A stretch of 35,310 bases of DNA. It comes from Cyanobacteria bacterium P01_A01_bin.135. GTDB taxonomy: Bacteria > Cyanobacteriota > Cyanobacteriia > CAKZMO01. Below, one piece after another: positions 1-8,698 of the stretch. The notes beneath the pieces were generated by a model. The model saw only the letters and a program-made list of their open reading frames with translations, did no database searches and was not told the DNA's origin. The first letter of the stretch is position 1, and the number at the start of each line of letters is the position of its first letter. The translations under genes were made by a program, and so were the position numbers. The DNA is taken from positions 1 to 35,310 of the forward strand of contig JBCCAG010000001.1 in the NCBI GenBank assembly GCA_039814955.1, in the 5' to 3' direction.

Positions 1-1
1 G

Positions 2-2098
2 TTCACGGTGTTCAACGTGCCGATTCACCAGATGTCGGTGACGGGGCTGATTATCGCCCTCGGTCTACTGATCGACAATGCCATCGTCGTGGTGGATGAG
101 ATTCAGGTGGAGATGCAGCACGGCGACCCGCCACTTAAGGCGGTGACGAAAACCGTGAAGTATCTGCAGGTGCCGCTGATGGCCTCAACCCTAACCACGG
201 TGCTAACGTTTTTGCCCATCTATTTGCTGCCGGGAGCGCCGGGCGAATTCGTGGGGGCGATCGCCCTTAGCGTGATTCTGTCGCTAGTTTCATCCCTGGT
301 GATCTCCCTCACCGTGGTCGCTGCCCTAGCAGGACGGATGCTGGGGGATAGCGGTCGTCAATACGAGGAGGCGCAGAGAAAGTCGCAGCCTGGGTTCCGG
401 GACAAGCTTGCTTTGCTGGTGATGAAGCCAGGCGTTTGGTGGAACGATGGCCTAACGCTGCCCGCTTTAGGCCGCCCCTACCGCTGGTCAATTGGGCGCG
501 CGGCGGCGCGTCCCCTATTCGCTGTCGCGCTGACCATGACGATTCCCCTAATTGGCTTTATTGCGGCCTCAACCCTAGAGAACCAGTTTTTCCCCCTGCT
601 GGACCGCGACCAGTTTCATATCGAAATCGAGTTCTCGTCCCAAACGGCGATCGCGCGCACCGAGGAGCAGGTGCTTGAAGCTCGGGAGGTGATCTTGCAG
701 CATGAGAACGTCGAAGATGTCCACTGGTTTGTGGGGGAGAGCGTCGCCAAGTTCTACTACAACCTCACCGGCCAGCGGGAGAACCAGTCGTACTACGCCC
801 AGGCGATGGTGCAGCTGAGATCTGAAGACGGAGTAGAAGCGCTGGTGCGGGAGCTACAGGGGGAGCTGAGCGAGCTGATGCCTTCAGCGCGGGTGCTGGT
901 GCGCAAGTTTCAACAAGGACCGCCGTTTGATGCGCCAGTGGAAATGCGCATTTACGGCCCCAACATTGAGGAACTGCGCCGCTTGGGGATGGATGTGAGA
1001 GCCATAGCGACGACAATTCCCGACGTAATCTCAGTGCGCGATGACCTGACCGAGGGCCGACCAAAGCTCGGTTTGGTGGTCGACAACGAACAGGTACAGC
1101 GGGCCGGGCTGAACAATACCGCGATCGCCCAGCAGCTGGCGGCCTACTCAGAAGGGGTGACCGGCGGCGCAATTCTTGAATCTACGGAGAACCTACCGGT
1201 GAGAGTCCGGCTCACCAACCAAGATCGCGCCAGCCTAGAATCGCTAGCCTCTCTAGATTTACGGCCTGACCAATCCCGCGATCGCGCTTTTCGCCCGACC
1301 TCAGCTTTGGGTGAATTTAACCTGTTACCTGAGCTAGCCAGCATTGCCCGCCGGGAAGAGCAGCGGGTGAATACGGTTCAGCTCTTCATCACCTCTGGGG
1401 TGCTGCCGGAGACCGTGCTGACAGCCCTACAGGACCAGCTGGCCGCAGAGAACTTTGAGCTACCCCCCGGCTACCGCTACGATTTCGGCGGCGAATATGA
1501 AGAGCGCAACTCAGCCGTGGGCGACCTGTTAATCTACGTGCCCCTGCTGGTGCTAGTGATGGTAACGGCGCTGGTGCTGTCCCTGGGGTCGTTCCGGCAG
1601 GCAGGGATTGTGGGGGCTGTGGCCGTGGGCTCCATTGGCATGGCGCTGTTTTCGCTGAAGATATTTGGCTCGCTGCTAGGCTTTATGGCCATCGTCGGCA
1701 CCATGGGCCTGGTGGGCATTGCTATCAACGGCTCTATCATTGTGCTCTCCGCCTTGAATGAAGACGCCGAGGCAAAGCAGGGCAAACCCAAAGCGGTACA
1801 GGACGTCGTGATGAAAGCGAGTCGTCACGTAATCGCCACCACGATCACCACGATGGTGGGCTTTGTGCCCTTACTCTTGGATGGTGACCCATTCTGGCGA
1901 CCGCTGGCGATCGCCATCGCAGGCGGAATTGGTGGCTCTCCCATTCTGGCGCTGTATTTCACCCCAGCCGCTTACATGCTGGTAAGCCGTCGCCAGCGGT
2001 CAGATGTGCCGCCCGATAGTCCTACTCCAGCCGCTGCATCCTCTGACGGTTCTGCGATCGCGCCTGGAGAATTGCATCCCGGTGGCGAGCCTGCCTAA
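2..2098 (+). CDS. RND (AcrB/HAE1-like) efflux transporter permease, C-terminal ~698 aa; the 5' end lies outside the window
   Basis: The frame is open to the window edge. The translation shows the RND TM segment GLIIALGLLIDNAIVVVDEI, a large periplasmic loop, and a second TM bundle (LVLVMVTALVLSLGSF...MGLVGIAINGSIIVLSAL). HIP1 sites are present throughout. Confidence 0.9.
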   Translation, partial: FTVFNVPIHQMSVTGLIIALGLLIDNAIVVVDEIQVEMQHGDPPLKAVTKTVKYLQVPLMASTLTTVLTFLPIYLLPGAPGEFVGAIALSVILSLVSSLVISLTVVAALAGRMLGDSGRQYEEAQRKSQPGFRDKLALLVMKPGVWWNDGLTLPALGRPYRWSIGRAAARPLFAVALTMTIPLIGFIAASTLENQFFPLLDRDQFHIEIEFSSQTAIARTEEQVLEAREVILQHENVEDVHWFVGESVAKFYYNLTGQRENQSYYAQAMVQLRSEDGVEALVRELQGELSELMPSARVLVRKFQQGPPFDAPVEMRIYGPNIEELRRLGMDVRAIATTIPDVISVRDDLTEGRPKLGLVVDNEQVQRAGLNNTAIAQQLAAYSEGVTGGAILESTENLPVRVRLTNQDRASLESLASLDLRPDQSRDRAFRPTSALGEFNLLPELASIARREEQRVNTVQLFITSGVLPETVLTALQDQLAAENFELPPGYRYDFGGEYEERNSAVGDLLIYVPLLVLVMVTALVLSLGSFRQAGIVGAVAVGSIGMALFSLKIFGSLLGFMAIVGTMGLVGIAINGSIIVLSALNEDAEAKQGKPKAVQDVVMKASRHVIATTITTMVGFVPLLLDGDPFWRPLAIAIAGGIGGSPILALYFTPAAYMLVSRRQRSDVPPDSPTPAAASSDGSAIAPGELHPGGEPA

Positions 2099-2114
2099 GC
2101 GGTTGCTGAAACGA

Positions 2115-2141
2115 TTGACTGAAATTAAACGAACGTATGAT
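2115..2141 (+). promoter_or_regulatory. Sigma70-like promoter candidate TTGACT-N15-TATGAT upstream of the small ORF/antiporter pair
   Basis: TTGACT at 2115-2120 and TATGAT at 2136-2141, in the AT-rich spacer after the RND stop. The 15-nt spacing is short, so the call is weak. Confidence 0.25.
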
Positions 2142-2185
2142 TTATTTGCATTGCTCTTTTGCTGTCCTACGACCCATTTCGACCC

Positions 2186-2518
2186 ATGATGTTTCCTATT
2201 TGGCAATACCTTGATCAACCCCTCTGGGATCGCGAGCGGCCCTCCACTTGGAACCCAGTAGACTATTGGCGGCGGTACCGCCGTCAGTATCTCAACCGCT
2301 GCCACAGCAATGCTTTTCTAGAGCAGTGCTGGCAGGTCAATTACCCCGATTTTGTGAATGACCACCGAGACTTTTGCCACCGCAACGCCTTGGAGGAAGA
2401 CCCTCGGTGGTTGCTGGAGCGCTGCTGGTGTTGGCAAAGGCGCAGGCGACGGGCCCACTCCTACCAAGCTCATCGCGCTGTACACCCTGAAAACCATGAT
2501 ACGGAGAGAGAATCCTGA
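2186..2518 (+). CDS. Hypothetical W/R/C-rich small protein, translationally coupled to the antiporter gene
   Basis: The ORF is open from 2159 (TTG); the first ATG is at 2186. Its stop TGA overlaps the antiporter ATG by 1 nt (TGATG at 2516-2520). The composition is unusual (many W, R, C, H) and no family was recognised. Confidence 0.35.
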   Translation: MMFPIWQYLDQPLWDRERPSTWNPVDYWRRYRRQYLNRCHSNAFLEQCWQVNYPDFVNDHRDFCHRNALEEDPRWLLERCWCWQRRRRRAHSYQAHRAVHPENHDTERES

Positions 2519-3870
2519 TGATTTTTACAATTGATTTCTATCCGCTCCTAGCAGAAACGACCCTTACAAACGAGACGGTAATCTTCAGCGCCCTGCTGAT
2601 TGCCGCGTTAGTTATTTTTCTGACAAGTCAGCTATTAGGCGAAGTCTGCGCCTGGCTAAAATTGCCCCCGGTCTTGGGGCAGCTTGTGGGGGGAATTATT
2701 CTTGGCGTCTCCGTACTCAACATCCTGGTGGTGACGGAGAGCGAGGCCGTAATCAACCCCGGCGTTATTAACCTGATTTGCTGGACGACTGGGGCTGGCA
2801 CGGCTGAAGCCGCGATGGCCTATGACCATCAGCTGATAGCGATTTCGGAGGGGGCCGCTAACTTGGGAGTGATTACGCTGCTGTTTCTGATCGGGCTCGA
2901 ATCCGATTTCGAGAGTCTGCTGAAAGTCGGGTCTAAAGCAGCACTCGTGGCCGGAGCAGGAATTATTCTGCCATTTGTCGGCGGTACTGTAGGTTTGATT
3001 ACCTTGTTTAATACGCCAGTCTTACCTGCCATTTTTGGCGGCGCGGCCCTGACCGCCACCAGCATTGGGATTACTGCAAAGGTGCTCAAAGAGCTCGGGC
3101 AGCTCCAGTCAGACGAAGGACAGATCATTATTGGGGCGGCTGTTCTAGACGATTTGCTGGGTATTTTGGTTCTGGCGTTAGTCGTTAGCTTGGTTAAAGA
3201 TGGCTCAGTTGATGTTGCCGGTTTAGGGCTATTGCTGCTGAGTACAGCAGCGTTTATTGGGGGAGTCGCGCTGCTGCGCAAGCCAATCATTCGAGCATTT
3301 ACGGCACTCACTGAAAAGCTGCAGTCAGAAAATACCCCGCTGGTCTTGGCGATTATCTTTGCGTTGTTTATGGCAGCGATCGCCAACGCCATCCACCTCG
3401 AGGCGATTTTGGGAGCCTTTGCAGCAGGCATCATCCTCAGCGGCGTGCCGCAGCGGCAGCACCTGCTGGAGCAGTTTGAGCCCATTGCTGGACTACTGGC
3501 ACCGCTGTTCTTCGTCGTCGTGGGGGCAAAGACCGATCTGAGCGTTCTAAATCCGGCCAATCCCGAGAGCGCAGAGGGCCTTTGGATTGCCGGTTTCCTC
3601 ATCCTTGTGGCGCTATTGGGTAAAGTGGCGGCGGGCTATGTCGTTCCCAATGCTGGCACCCTCAATCGACTTGCGATTGGTATCGGCATGGTGCCGCGCG
3701 GAGAAGTGGGACTGGTTTTTGTCGGCATTGGCTCCTCCATCGGCATCCTATCCCCTGGCTTAGCGGCGGCGATTGTGCTGATGGTGGTTGTCACTACGAT
3801 AGTTGCCCCGCTGCTGCTGCGCTTTGTGCTGCCTGGAGAGGCGCAGCCATCTCTGCTAATGGATAGCTGA
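2518..3870 (+). CDS. Cation:proton antiporter (CPA2 / Na+/H+ exchanger family)
   Basis: 450 aa and polytopic throughout (about 12 hydrophobic segments). Motifs are typical of Kef/NapA-type exchangers (LGQLVGGIILG..., LLFLIGLESDF, ITAKVL.ELG, IIGAAVLDDLLGILVLAL, PRGEVGLVF). Confidence 0.9.
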   Translation: MIFTIDFYPLLAETTLTNETVIFSALLIAALVIFLTSQLLGEVCAWLKLPPVLGQLVGGIILGVSVLNILVVTESEAVINPGVINLICWTTGAGTAEAAMAYDHQLIAISEGAANLGVITLLFLIGLESDFESLLKVGSKAALVAGAGIILPFVGGTVGLITLFNTPVLPAIFGGAALTATSIGITAKVLKELGQLQSDEGQIIIGAAVLDDLLGILVLALVVSLVKDGSVDVAGLGLLLLSTAAFIGGVALLRKPIIRAFTALTEKLQSENTPLVLAIIFALFMAAIANAIHLEAILGAFAAGIILSGVPQRQHLLEQFEPIAGLLAPLFFVVVGAKTDLSVLNPANPESAEGLWIAGFLILVALLGKVAAGYVVPNAGTLNRLAIGIGMVPRGEVGLVFVGIGSSIGILSPGLAAAIVLMVVVTTIVAPLLLRFVLPGEAQPSLLMDS

Positions 3871-3890
3871 TTACAGGTAAACGGTGCTAA

Positions 3891-3918
3891 GGGTTCACCC
3901 TCTGCAGAGGGTGAACCC
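3891..3918 (+). terminator. Perfect 28-nt palindrome / GC-rich hairpin 21 nt after the antiporter stop
   Basis: GGGTTCACCCTC-TGCA-GAGGGTGAACCC is read directly from the sequence (12-bp stem). No U-tract follows, so it may be a terminator or RNA-stability hairpin rather than a canonical intrinsic terminator. Confidence 0.4.
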
Positions 3919-4054
3919 CGAAATAGCGTTCTTCGGATTAATGCCTCTTCTCGAAAGTAGCGCCACGAATGCTGATAGCGGATGGCAGATAATAGAGGAG
4001 AAGCAGACAGAGTTATAGTCTAATTCAGAGAGTGGTAAAAGGAGAAATATCCGA

Positions 4055-4684
4055 ATGTTAAATCTTACCCAGGCATCATGGATCAACGAGCCAAAGACAT
4101 GCGAAGTGACATCAGATAAAGTCGTGATAATAACGGAAGAAGAAACAGATCTTTGGCAACGTTCATACTATGGCTTCAGGAGAAATAATGCTCCTGGCTT
4201 ATTGCTGGAGATCAATGATAACTTTAGTTTTACTACAAGAGCTAAATTCGAATATAGGAACCTCTTTGATCAATGCGGGGTAATCGTTTATCTAGATGAG
4301 GAAAACTGGTTTAAAGCCTCTGTTGAATATGAAAATGAGGATTTCTCACGTCTTGGTAGCGTGGTTACCAATCTTGGTTATTCTGACTGGGCCACAACAG
4401 ATATAAAGCCGCTATCCTGTATTTGGTATCGGCTTAGCCGAAGAGGACCGGACTTTCTGATCGAATCTTCTTTTGATAGCTACTCATTCAAGCAGATGAG
4501 GATTTTCCATCTACATCAGCTGGGCAAAACTACTGTCGCTATGGGGAAAGCAAATCCACCTCGACCTGCAAATTCTACAATTCGATTTGGTGTGTACGCC
4601 TGCAGCCCGCTGCAGTCCTCGTTTATAGCAACGTTCACTGAGCTGTGCCTGGAGCCATGCAAATGGCAGGCACATAAGGCTTAG
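4055..4684 (+). CDS. DUF1349 family protein (concanavalin-like fold family)
   Basis: ATG preceded by AAAGGAGA. The translation matches the DUF1349 pattern (W.NEP...TDLWQRSYYGF...DQCGVIVYLDEENWFKASVEYE...LGSVVTN..SDWATTD). The gene is AT-rich relative to its flanks and has no HIP1. Confidence 0.8.
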   Translation: MLNLTQASWINEPKTCEVTSDKVVIITEEETDLWQRSYYGFRRNNAPGLLLEINDNFSFTTRAKFEYRNLFDQCGVIVYLDEENWFKASVEYENEDFSRLGSVVTNLGYSDWATTDIKPLSCIWYRLSRRGPDFLIESSFDSYSFKQMRIFHLHQLGKTTVAMGKANPPRPANSTIRFGVYACSPLQSSFIATFTELCLEPCKWQAHKA

Positions 4685-4818
4685 TATTTGAGGCGGTTTG
4701 TAACCCCTCATCATCGTCATCATCACCCAGACCGATGCGGACGCTTGAGCGAGGCATCGAGTTTGCCACCAAAAGACTGTCTAGAACTATATTGGCATTT
4801 CACAGATCGTTTAGAAAA

Positions 4819-5526
4819 ATGGCTAATTTAGAGCATGTTCAATGGCTTAGAAAAGGTGCATTCGCCTGGAACAGCTGGCGACAGCAGCACCCGGCTATCT
4901 ATCCAGACTTCAACAGTGCCCACTGCCGCAGCTGCAACCTTGCAGAGGCTCAGCTAGAGAATAGCAATTTTCATGGAGACGACTTAGTCGGCACAAACTT
5001 TAGTGGCGCTAATCTGTCACAGTCTGACCTCAGCAATTCAATCTTGCGAAAGGCGGATTTTAGTCAGGCCCAGCTTTACGGAAGCAATCTTACCCAGACA
5101 GACTTACGAGGCACCAACCTAAATGGCGCTGATTTGATAGAGGTAACGCTGATCAGCGCTGATCTGACAGGCGCCTGCTTGATCAACAGCAATTTTAGTC
5201 GTGCTGCGCTAGTGAGCGCTAATTTAGCGCAAGCAATACTCATTCGAGCTATTGGGTGGGGCGCTGATTTCACGGGAGCTTTCCTGCAAGGGGCTAATTT
5301 CACCCAGGCTGATCTGCGCGGCGCTAACTTCAGTAGTGCTGACTTGAGAGGCGCTAGCTTGATCGGAGCGCGCTTAGACGAAGCGTCATTTGAATATGCC
5401 AATCTGCAAGACGCTAACTTTCAGGGGGCTAATGTCAGCAGTACTTTATCCAGCAGATTAGCACCCACAACACAGCCTTTTTTACCGCAGCATCGCGCGT
5501 TATTCTTACCTGCATCTCAAGATTAA
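4819..5526 (+). CDS. Pentapeptide-repeat protein
   Basis: Long run of A(D/N)LXX pentapeptides (ANLSQSDLSNSILRKADFSQAQLYGSNLTQTDLRGTNLNGADL...). The ORF is open from 4735, but the first ATG with a sensible N-terminus (MANLEHVQWL) is at 4819. Confidence 0.9.
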   Translation: MANLEHVQWLRKGAFAWNSWRQQHPAIYPDFNSAHCRSCNLAEAQLENSNFHGDDLVGTNFSGANLSQSDLSNSILRKADFSQAQLYGSNLTQTDLRGTNLNGADLIEVTLISADLTGACLINSNFSRAALVSANLAQAILIRAIGWGADFTGAFLQGANFTQADLRGANFSSADLRGASLIGARLDEASFEYANLQDANFQGANVSSTLSSRLAPTTQPFLPQHRALFLPASQD

Positions 5527-5560
5527 TTCGCACCACCTCAGAATAGATTATAGATTGCTG

Positions 5561-7480
5561 ATGATACCGCCATTTGAAGCTTTATCTCGCTCCCGATCCC
5601 TGCGCCGCTTCTTGCACGCTTTCCTCCTGACCTTCGCTCTAGTCTTACTGCAGTCCGCGATCGCCTCAGGGCAAGACTTCTCAGCATTTACGGGCCAGGC
5701 CAGCGCTGTTCCACCCGAGGGAGTCACCCGCTACGGCAGCATTGAAGTGGCCTGGGTGCGATCGCCTCTCAGCGGCGAGCGGCTTTTTCAGGTGGCAGCG
5801 CCCACTGTGCTCGATCGCGCCAGCATTAGCGAGGGAACGCTGCCGGTAGACCTGCGGGCCCAGAACATTGCGGCGCAGCTCTCCATCGAGGTGGAACGGT
5901 TTCGAGACAGCGCTATTACCCAACTTCTTCAGTACCTCCGTCACGGAGAAACTCTGACGCCGCGCCGGGCTGAGGTGATTATCTCAACCTTGAATAACCG
6001 ACCCGTTCTGCAGATCAGCAGCTCCGATGGCTCACGACCGCTCACCATTGCCACCGTCACCCAAACGGACGTGAATTTTTACAGCGAGACGCCGGATTTG
6101 CTGGCGGAAGACTGGCGAAACCTGCTGCAGACAGAGGTGGCGCAGCTAGAGCAGCTTGCCACTGTGGAAGCGGCACGGCAGGGGATTCGGGACAGTCTGG
6201 CTATACTGCTGGGAGCGATCGTCGCCACCGGACTTTTCGTGGCTCTATACCGATGGGTGGGGCAGAACCACCGCGCTTTACTGAAGCGAGATGTTGCCAT
6301 GTCCGAAGAGAATGCAACCACTACGACGGGAGATGGCCCATCAAACTCCGCCACGGTAGAAGCAGGCGCAGCATCGGTTGCCCCACCATCCTTCTCGGGC
6401 CTGCTGGCTGATCGCTCCCGGTTTCTGCGCTTTCTGCATAAGCCATCGACCCAGGGGCAGAAGCAGTTTGGTAGGTCCGCGCAGTGGCTGCTGGTGTGGC
6501 TAATTGTCCTAACCTGGTATGGAACCTTAATCGGCTTGAGCCACACCCTGCCCATGCTGATGCAGTGGCGCAGCGCTATCTTGAGTCACCCCTTCCGGCT
6601 GATTTTGATTTGGTTTGCCGTCACGCTTGCACTGCGGGTGAGCCAAGTGCTGATTCAGCGCTTTGTCGATAGGCGAGACGCCCTCGGTATTCTTGTCGGC
6701 GAAGCTCAGCGCAAAGTCCTGCGCAGCAATACCATCGGCGGAGCACTGAAAGGGCTAGTTTCTAGCGTCTTGGTAGTCACCGGCCTACTACTCACCCTTT
6801 CTACCTTTGGAATTTCCACCGGGTCGATTTTGGCCTGGAGCGCTGTGCTAGGTCTAGCCGTGTCTTTCGGAACCCAGAGCCTAGTGAAGGATGTGGTCAA
6901 TGGCTGCCTGATTCTGCTGGAAGACCAGTTTGCCGTGGGCGATGTGATCATTGTTAACGGTATGGCGGGTTTTGTGGAGGAAATGAACCTGCGCATCACC
7001 CGCCTACGAGACCCAGAAGGACAGCTGATCACCATCCCAAACGGAGCGATCGCCGAAGTGCGGAATCTGACCCGTCTCTGGTCTCGGGTGGACTTCACCA
7101 TTGAAGTGGCCTATGAAAATAACCCGGATAAGGTGCTAGGACTGCTTAACAAGATCGCCCAAGACATGTACAACACCCCAGAGTGGCGAGAGAAAATGCC
7201 CGACCCGCCCGAAGTGCTGGGAATTGACCAGCTGACCCATGCAGGCATCTTAATTCGGGTTTGGATCAAGACTGCGCCCCTGCAGCAGTGGCTCATAGGG
7301 AGGGAGTACCGCCTCCGGGTCAGGCGAGAATTTGAAGCCCACGGCATCACCATCGGTAAGCCGCAGTGGATTACCCACACCATCGCCCCAGAGCAGAGTC
7401 GGTCTCAGGGCACTGCAACAGCGATCGCCCTCACTCCCCCACCATCACCTCCAGCTCCCGTAGAACCTGAGCCCGACTAA
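5561..7480 (+). CDS. Mechanosensitive ion channel, MscS family, with a large N-terminal periplasmic and multi-TM extension
   Basis: Signal-like N-terminus, several TM segments, and the MscS core (LVKDVVNGCLILLEDQFAVGDVIIVNGMAGFVEEMNLRITRLRDPEGQLITIPNGAI). ATG at 5561; TTG at 5555 is an alternative start. Confidence 0.9.
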   Translation: MIPPFEALSRSRSLRRFLHAFLLTFALVLLQSAIASGQDFSAFTGQASAVPPEGVTRYGSIEVAWVRSPLSGERLFQVAAPTVLDRASISEGTLPVDLRAQNIAAQLSIEVERFRDSAITQLLQYLRHGETLTPRRAEVIISTLNNRPVLQISSSDGSRPLTIATVTQTDVNFYSETPDLLAEDWRNLLQTEVAQLEQLATVEAARQGIRDSLAILLGAIVATGLFVALYRWVGQNHRALLKRDVAMSEENATTTTGDGPSNSATVEAGAASVAPPSFSGLLADRSRFLRFLHKPSTQGQKQFGRSAQWLLVWLIVLTWYGTLIGLSHTLPMLMQWRSAILSHPFRLILIWFAVTLALRVSQVLIQRFVDRRDALGILVGEAQRKVLRSNTIGGALKGLVSSVLVVTGLLLTLSTFGISTGSILAWSAVLGLAVSFGTQSLVKDVVNGCLILLEDQFAVGDVIIVNGMAGFVEEMNLRITRLRDPEGQLITIPNGAIAEVRNLTRLWSRVDFTIEVAYENNPDKVLGLLNKIAQDMYNTPEWREKMPDPPEVLGIDQLTHAGILIRVWIKTAPLQQWLIGREYRLRVRREFEAHGITIGKPQWITHTIAPEQSRSQGTATAIALTPPPSPPAPVEPEPD

Positions 7481-8087
7481 TCCACCGCTCCTCCCGCCGC
7501 ACCGTGCCACTGTAAGGAGCCCGCACCACTGCCAACGTCGCGATCGCATTGTCCACCTCATCTAGCTTCAGCCGCGTCTGGGAAACCTGAAACGCCCTGT
7601 CTCGCAGGCGCTGTTCATACTCTGCCCACTGCCGCTGATAGGCGAGCATGGCTTGGTTGTAGGCCTCGACGTGCTGGGTCTGGCCTAGCCCGTGGTCATA
7701 TTCCCGGTACTGCCGTTCCTGCTGCGCCTTCTCCAGCTGTCCCTGCCCTAGCTCCTTGAGGTTGGCCTGCTCATGCTCCAGGACGATGGAATTTAACCCA
7801 TCAATGGTCTGCAGCTCCGCTAGCTCCTGCTGCTTGAGCTGCCAGGCCTGCTGCACCGCGGCGAGGGCGGCCTCTTGCTCCAGGTAACTTGCGTCAGGTA
7901 GGGCAGCGATCGCCGGGACGGACTTAGGCGCTGCCGGTGCGCTGATGGCTGAGAACTGTAGCCGATCTAGGGTGAGCTGTAGCTGCTGCCGCTGACCCTC
8001 CAGATGCTGGCGCTCTCGGCCTCGGTCGGCGATCAGGTCCCCAACCACAATGCGATCGCCTTCTTTTACCTTCAGGTCTTCCTGCAA
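7431..8087 (-). CDS. Lipoyl-hairpin plus coiled-coil (HlyD-like) protein fragment; the N-terminus appears lost to a frame break
   Basis: LKVKEGDRIVVGDLIADR (first lipoyl half), a long Q/E/L-rich coiled coil, then VVRAPYSGTVRR (second lipoyl half). The only start is a TTG inside the lipoyl motif. The 3' end overlaps the MscS 3' end convergently by 50 nt. Confidence 0.6.
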   Translation of the reverse strand: MQEDLKVKEGDRIVVGDLIADRGRERQHLEGQRQQLQLTLDRLQFSAISAPAAPKSVPAIAALPDASYLEQEAALAAVQQAWQLKQQELAELQTIDGLNSIVLEHEQANLKELGQGQLEKAQQERQYREYDHGLGQTQHVEAYNQAMLAYQRQWAEYEQRLRDRAFQVSQTRLKLDEVDNAIATLAVVRAPYSGTVRREERWISRAQVLRELEVMVGE

Positions 8088-8323
8088 TCGCTGGCCCAGA
8101 CGCCGGTGATTCTGGCTATCATCTGCCGCTCACTGGCGGAGTCGTTGTAGACCTTCACCGCTGAATCCCGCAGCGCCAGGGAGCGGCCCACTGTTTTGGT
8201 GAGGCCGCCGTCGTTGGCCAGGTGAACGCCGAGGAACAGCAGGGCCGTCGCCGCGGCCAGTATCCACAGCTCGCTGCTGCCGCCCGTACGCAGTCGCCGC
8301 CGAGGGTTGCTGACGCTGATGCA

Positions 8324-8689
8324 CTACACCGGCTCCGGCCAGAAGAGCTGCACCCCCTGTTTGGTGAAGGTGTCGTTGAAGCAGGAGAGCAAATGACCTA
8401 GCGGCAGAGCTAGGCATAACCGTATCTCCCCCAGAACCATGCCGGTAACCAGGGAGGCGATCGCCAGGGCTGCTGAGGTGAGTAGGCAGTGGGTGACGGT
8501 GCGGTGGGGGTAGCGGTCTTCTATCCAGCTCGACAGCGGGAAGCACACCTGGCCGATGATGCTGGTGGTGGAATCGAGGTCGGGGAGCTGGGAGCCGATG
8601 ATGGCCAGACCCAGGGCTATGGGGTTAGAGGTGGAGAGGATTAGGGAGACGCCGGCGGTGCCGATCGCGGCGTGGGTGAGGGTGAGCAC
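8324..8689 (-). CDS. YdjM/DUF457-like membrane-bound metal-dependent hydrolase, ending prematurely at an in-frame TAG
   Basis: GTG start. Motifs THAAIG, LPDLD, HRTVTHC and GHLLSCFNDTFTKQGVQLFWP resemble the YdjM family. The same frame stays open for about 75 more codons after the TAG (8324-8326) and encodes the expected distal TM helix (ELWILAAATALLFLGV). Confidence 0.7.
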   Translation of the reverse strand: MLTLTHAAIGTAGVSLILSTSNPIALGLAIIGSQLPDLDSTTSIIGQVCFPLSSWIEDRYPHRTVTHCLLTSAALAIASLVTGMVLGEIRLCLALPLGHLLSCFNDTFTKQGVQLFWPEPV

Positions 8690-8698
8690 TATGCAAAC

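Noticed and set aside
2829-3602. 257-aa minus-strand ORF inside the antiporter gene
   Set aside because: It is antisense to a well-supported polytopic transporter. The translation is S/A/P/R-rich and low in complexity, as expected for the reverse frame of a GC-rich gene.
5076-5402. 108-aa minus-strand ORF inside the pentapeptide-repeat gene
   Set aside because: Repeat-driven open frames on the opposite strand are expected for pentapeptide-repeat DNA. The plus strand gives the canonical A(D/N)LXX pattern.
8130-8546. 138-aa minus-strand ORF overlapping the YdjM-like gene
   Set aside because: It is in the wrong frame relative to the YdjM-like motifs, and its sequence is P/R/G-rich. The third frame gives the sensible continuation (…RRLRTGGSSELWILAAATALLFLGV…).
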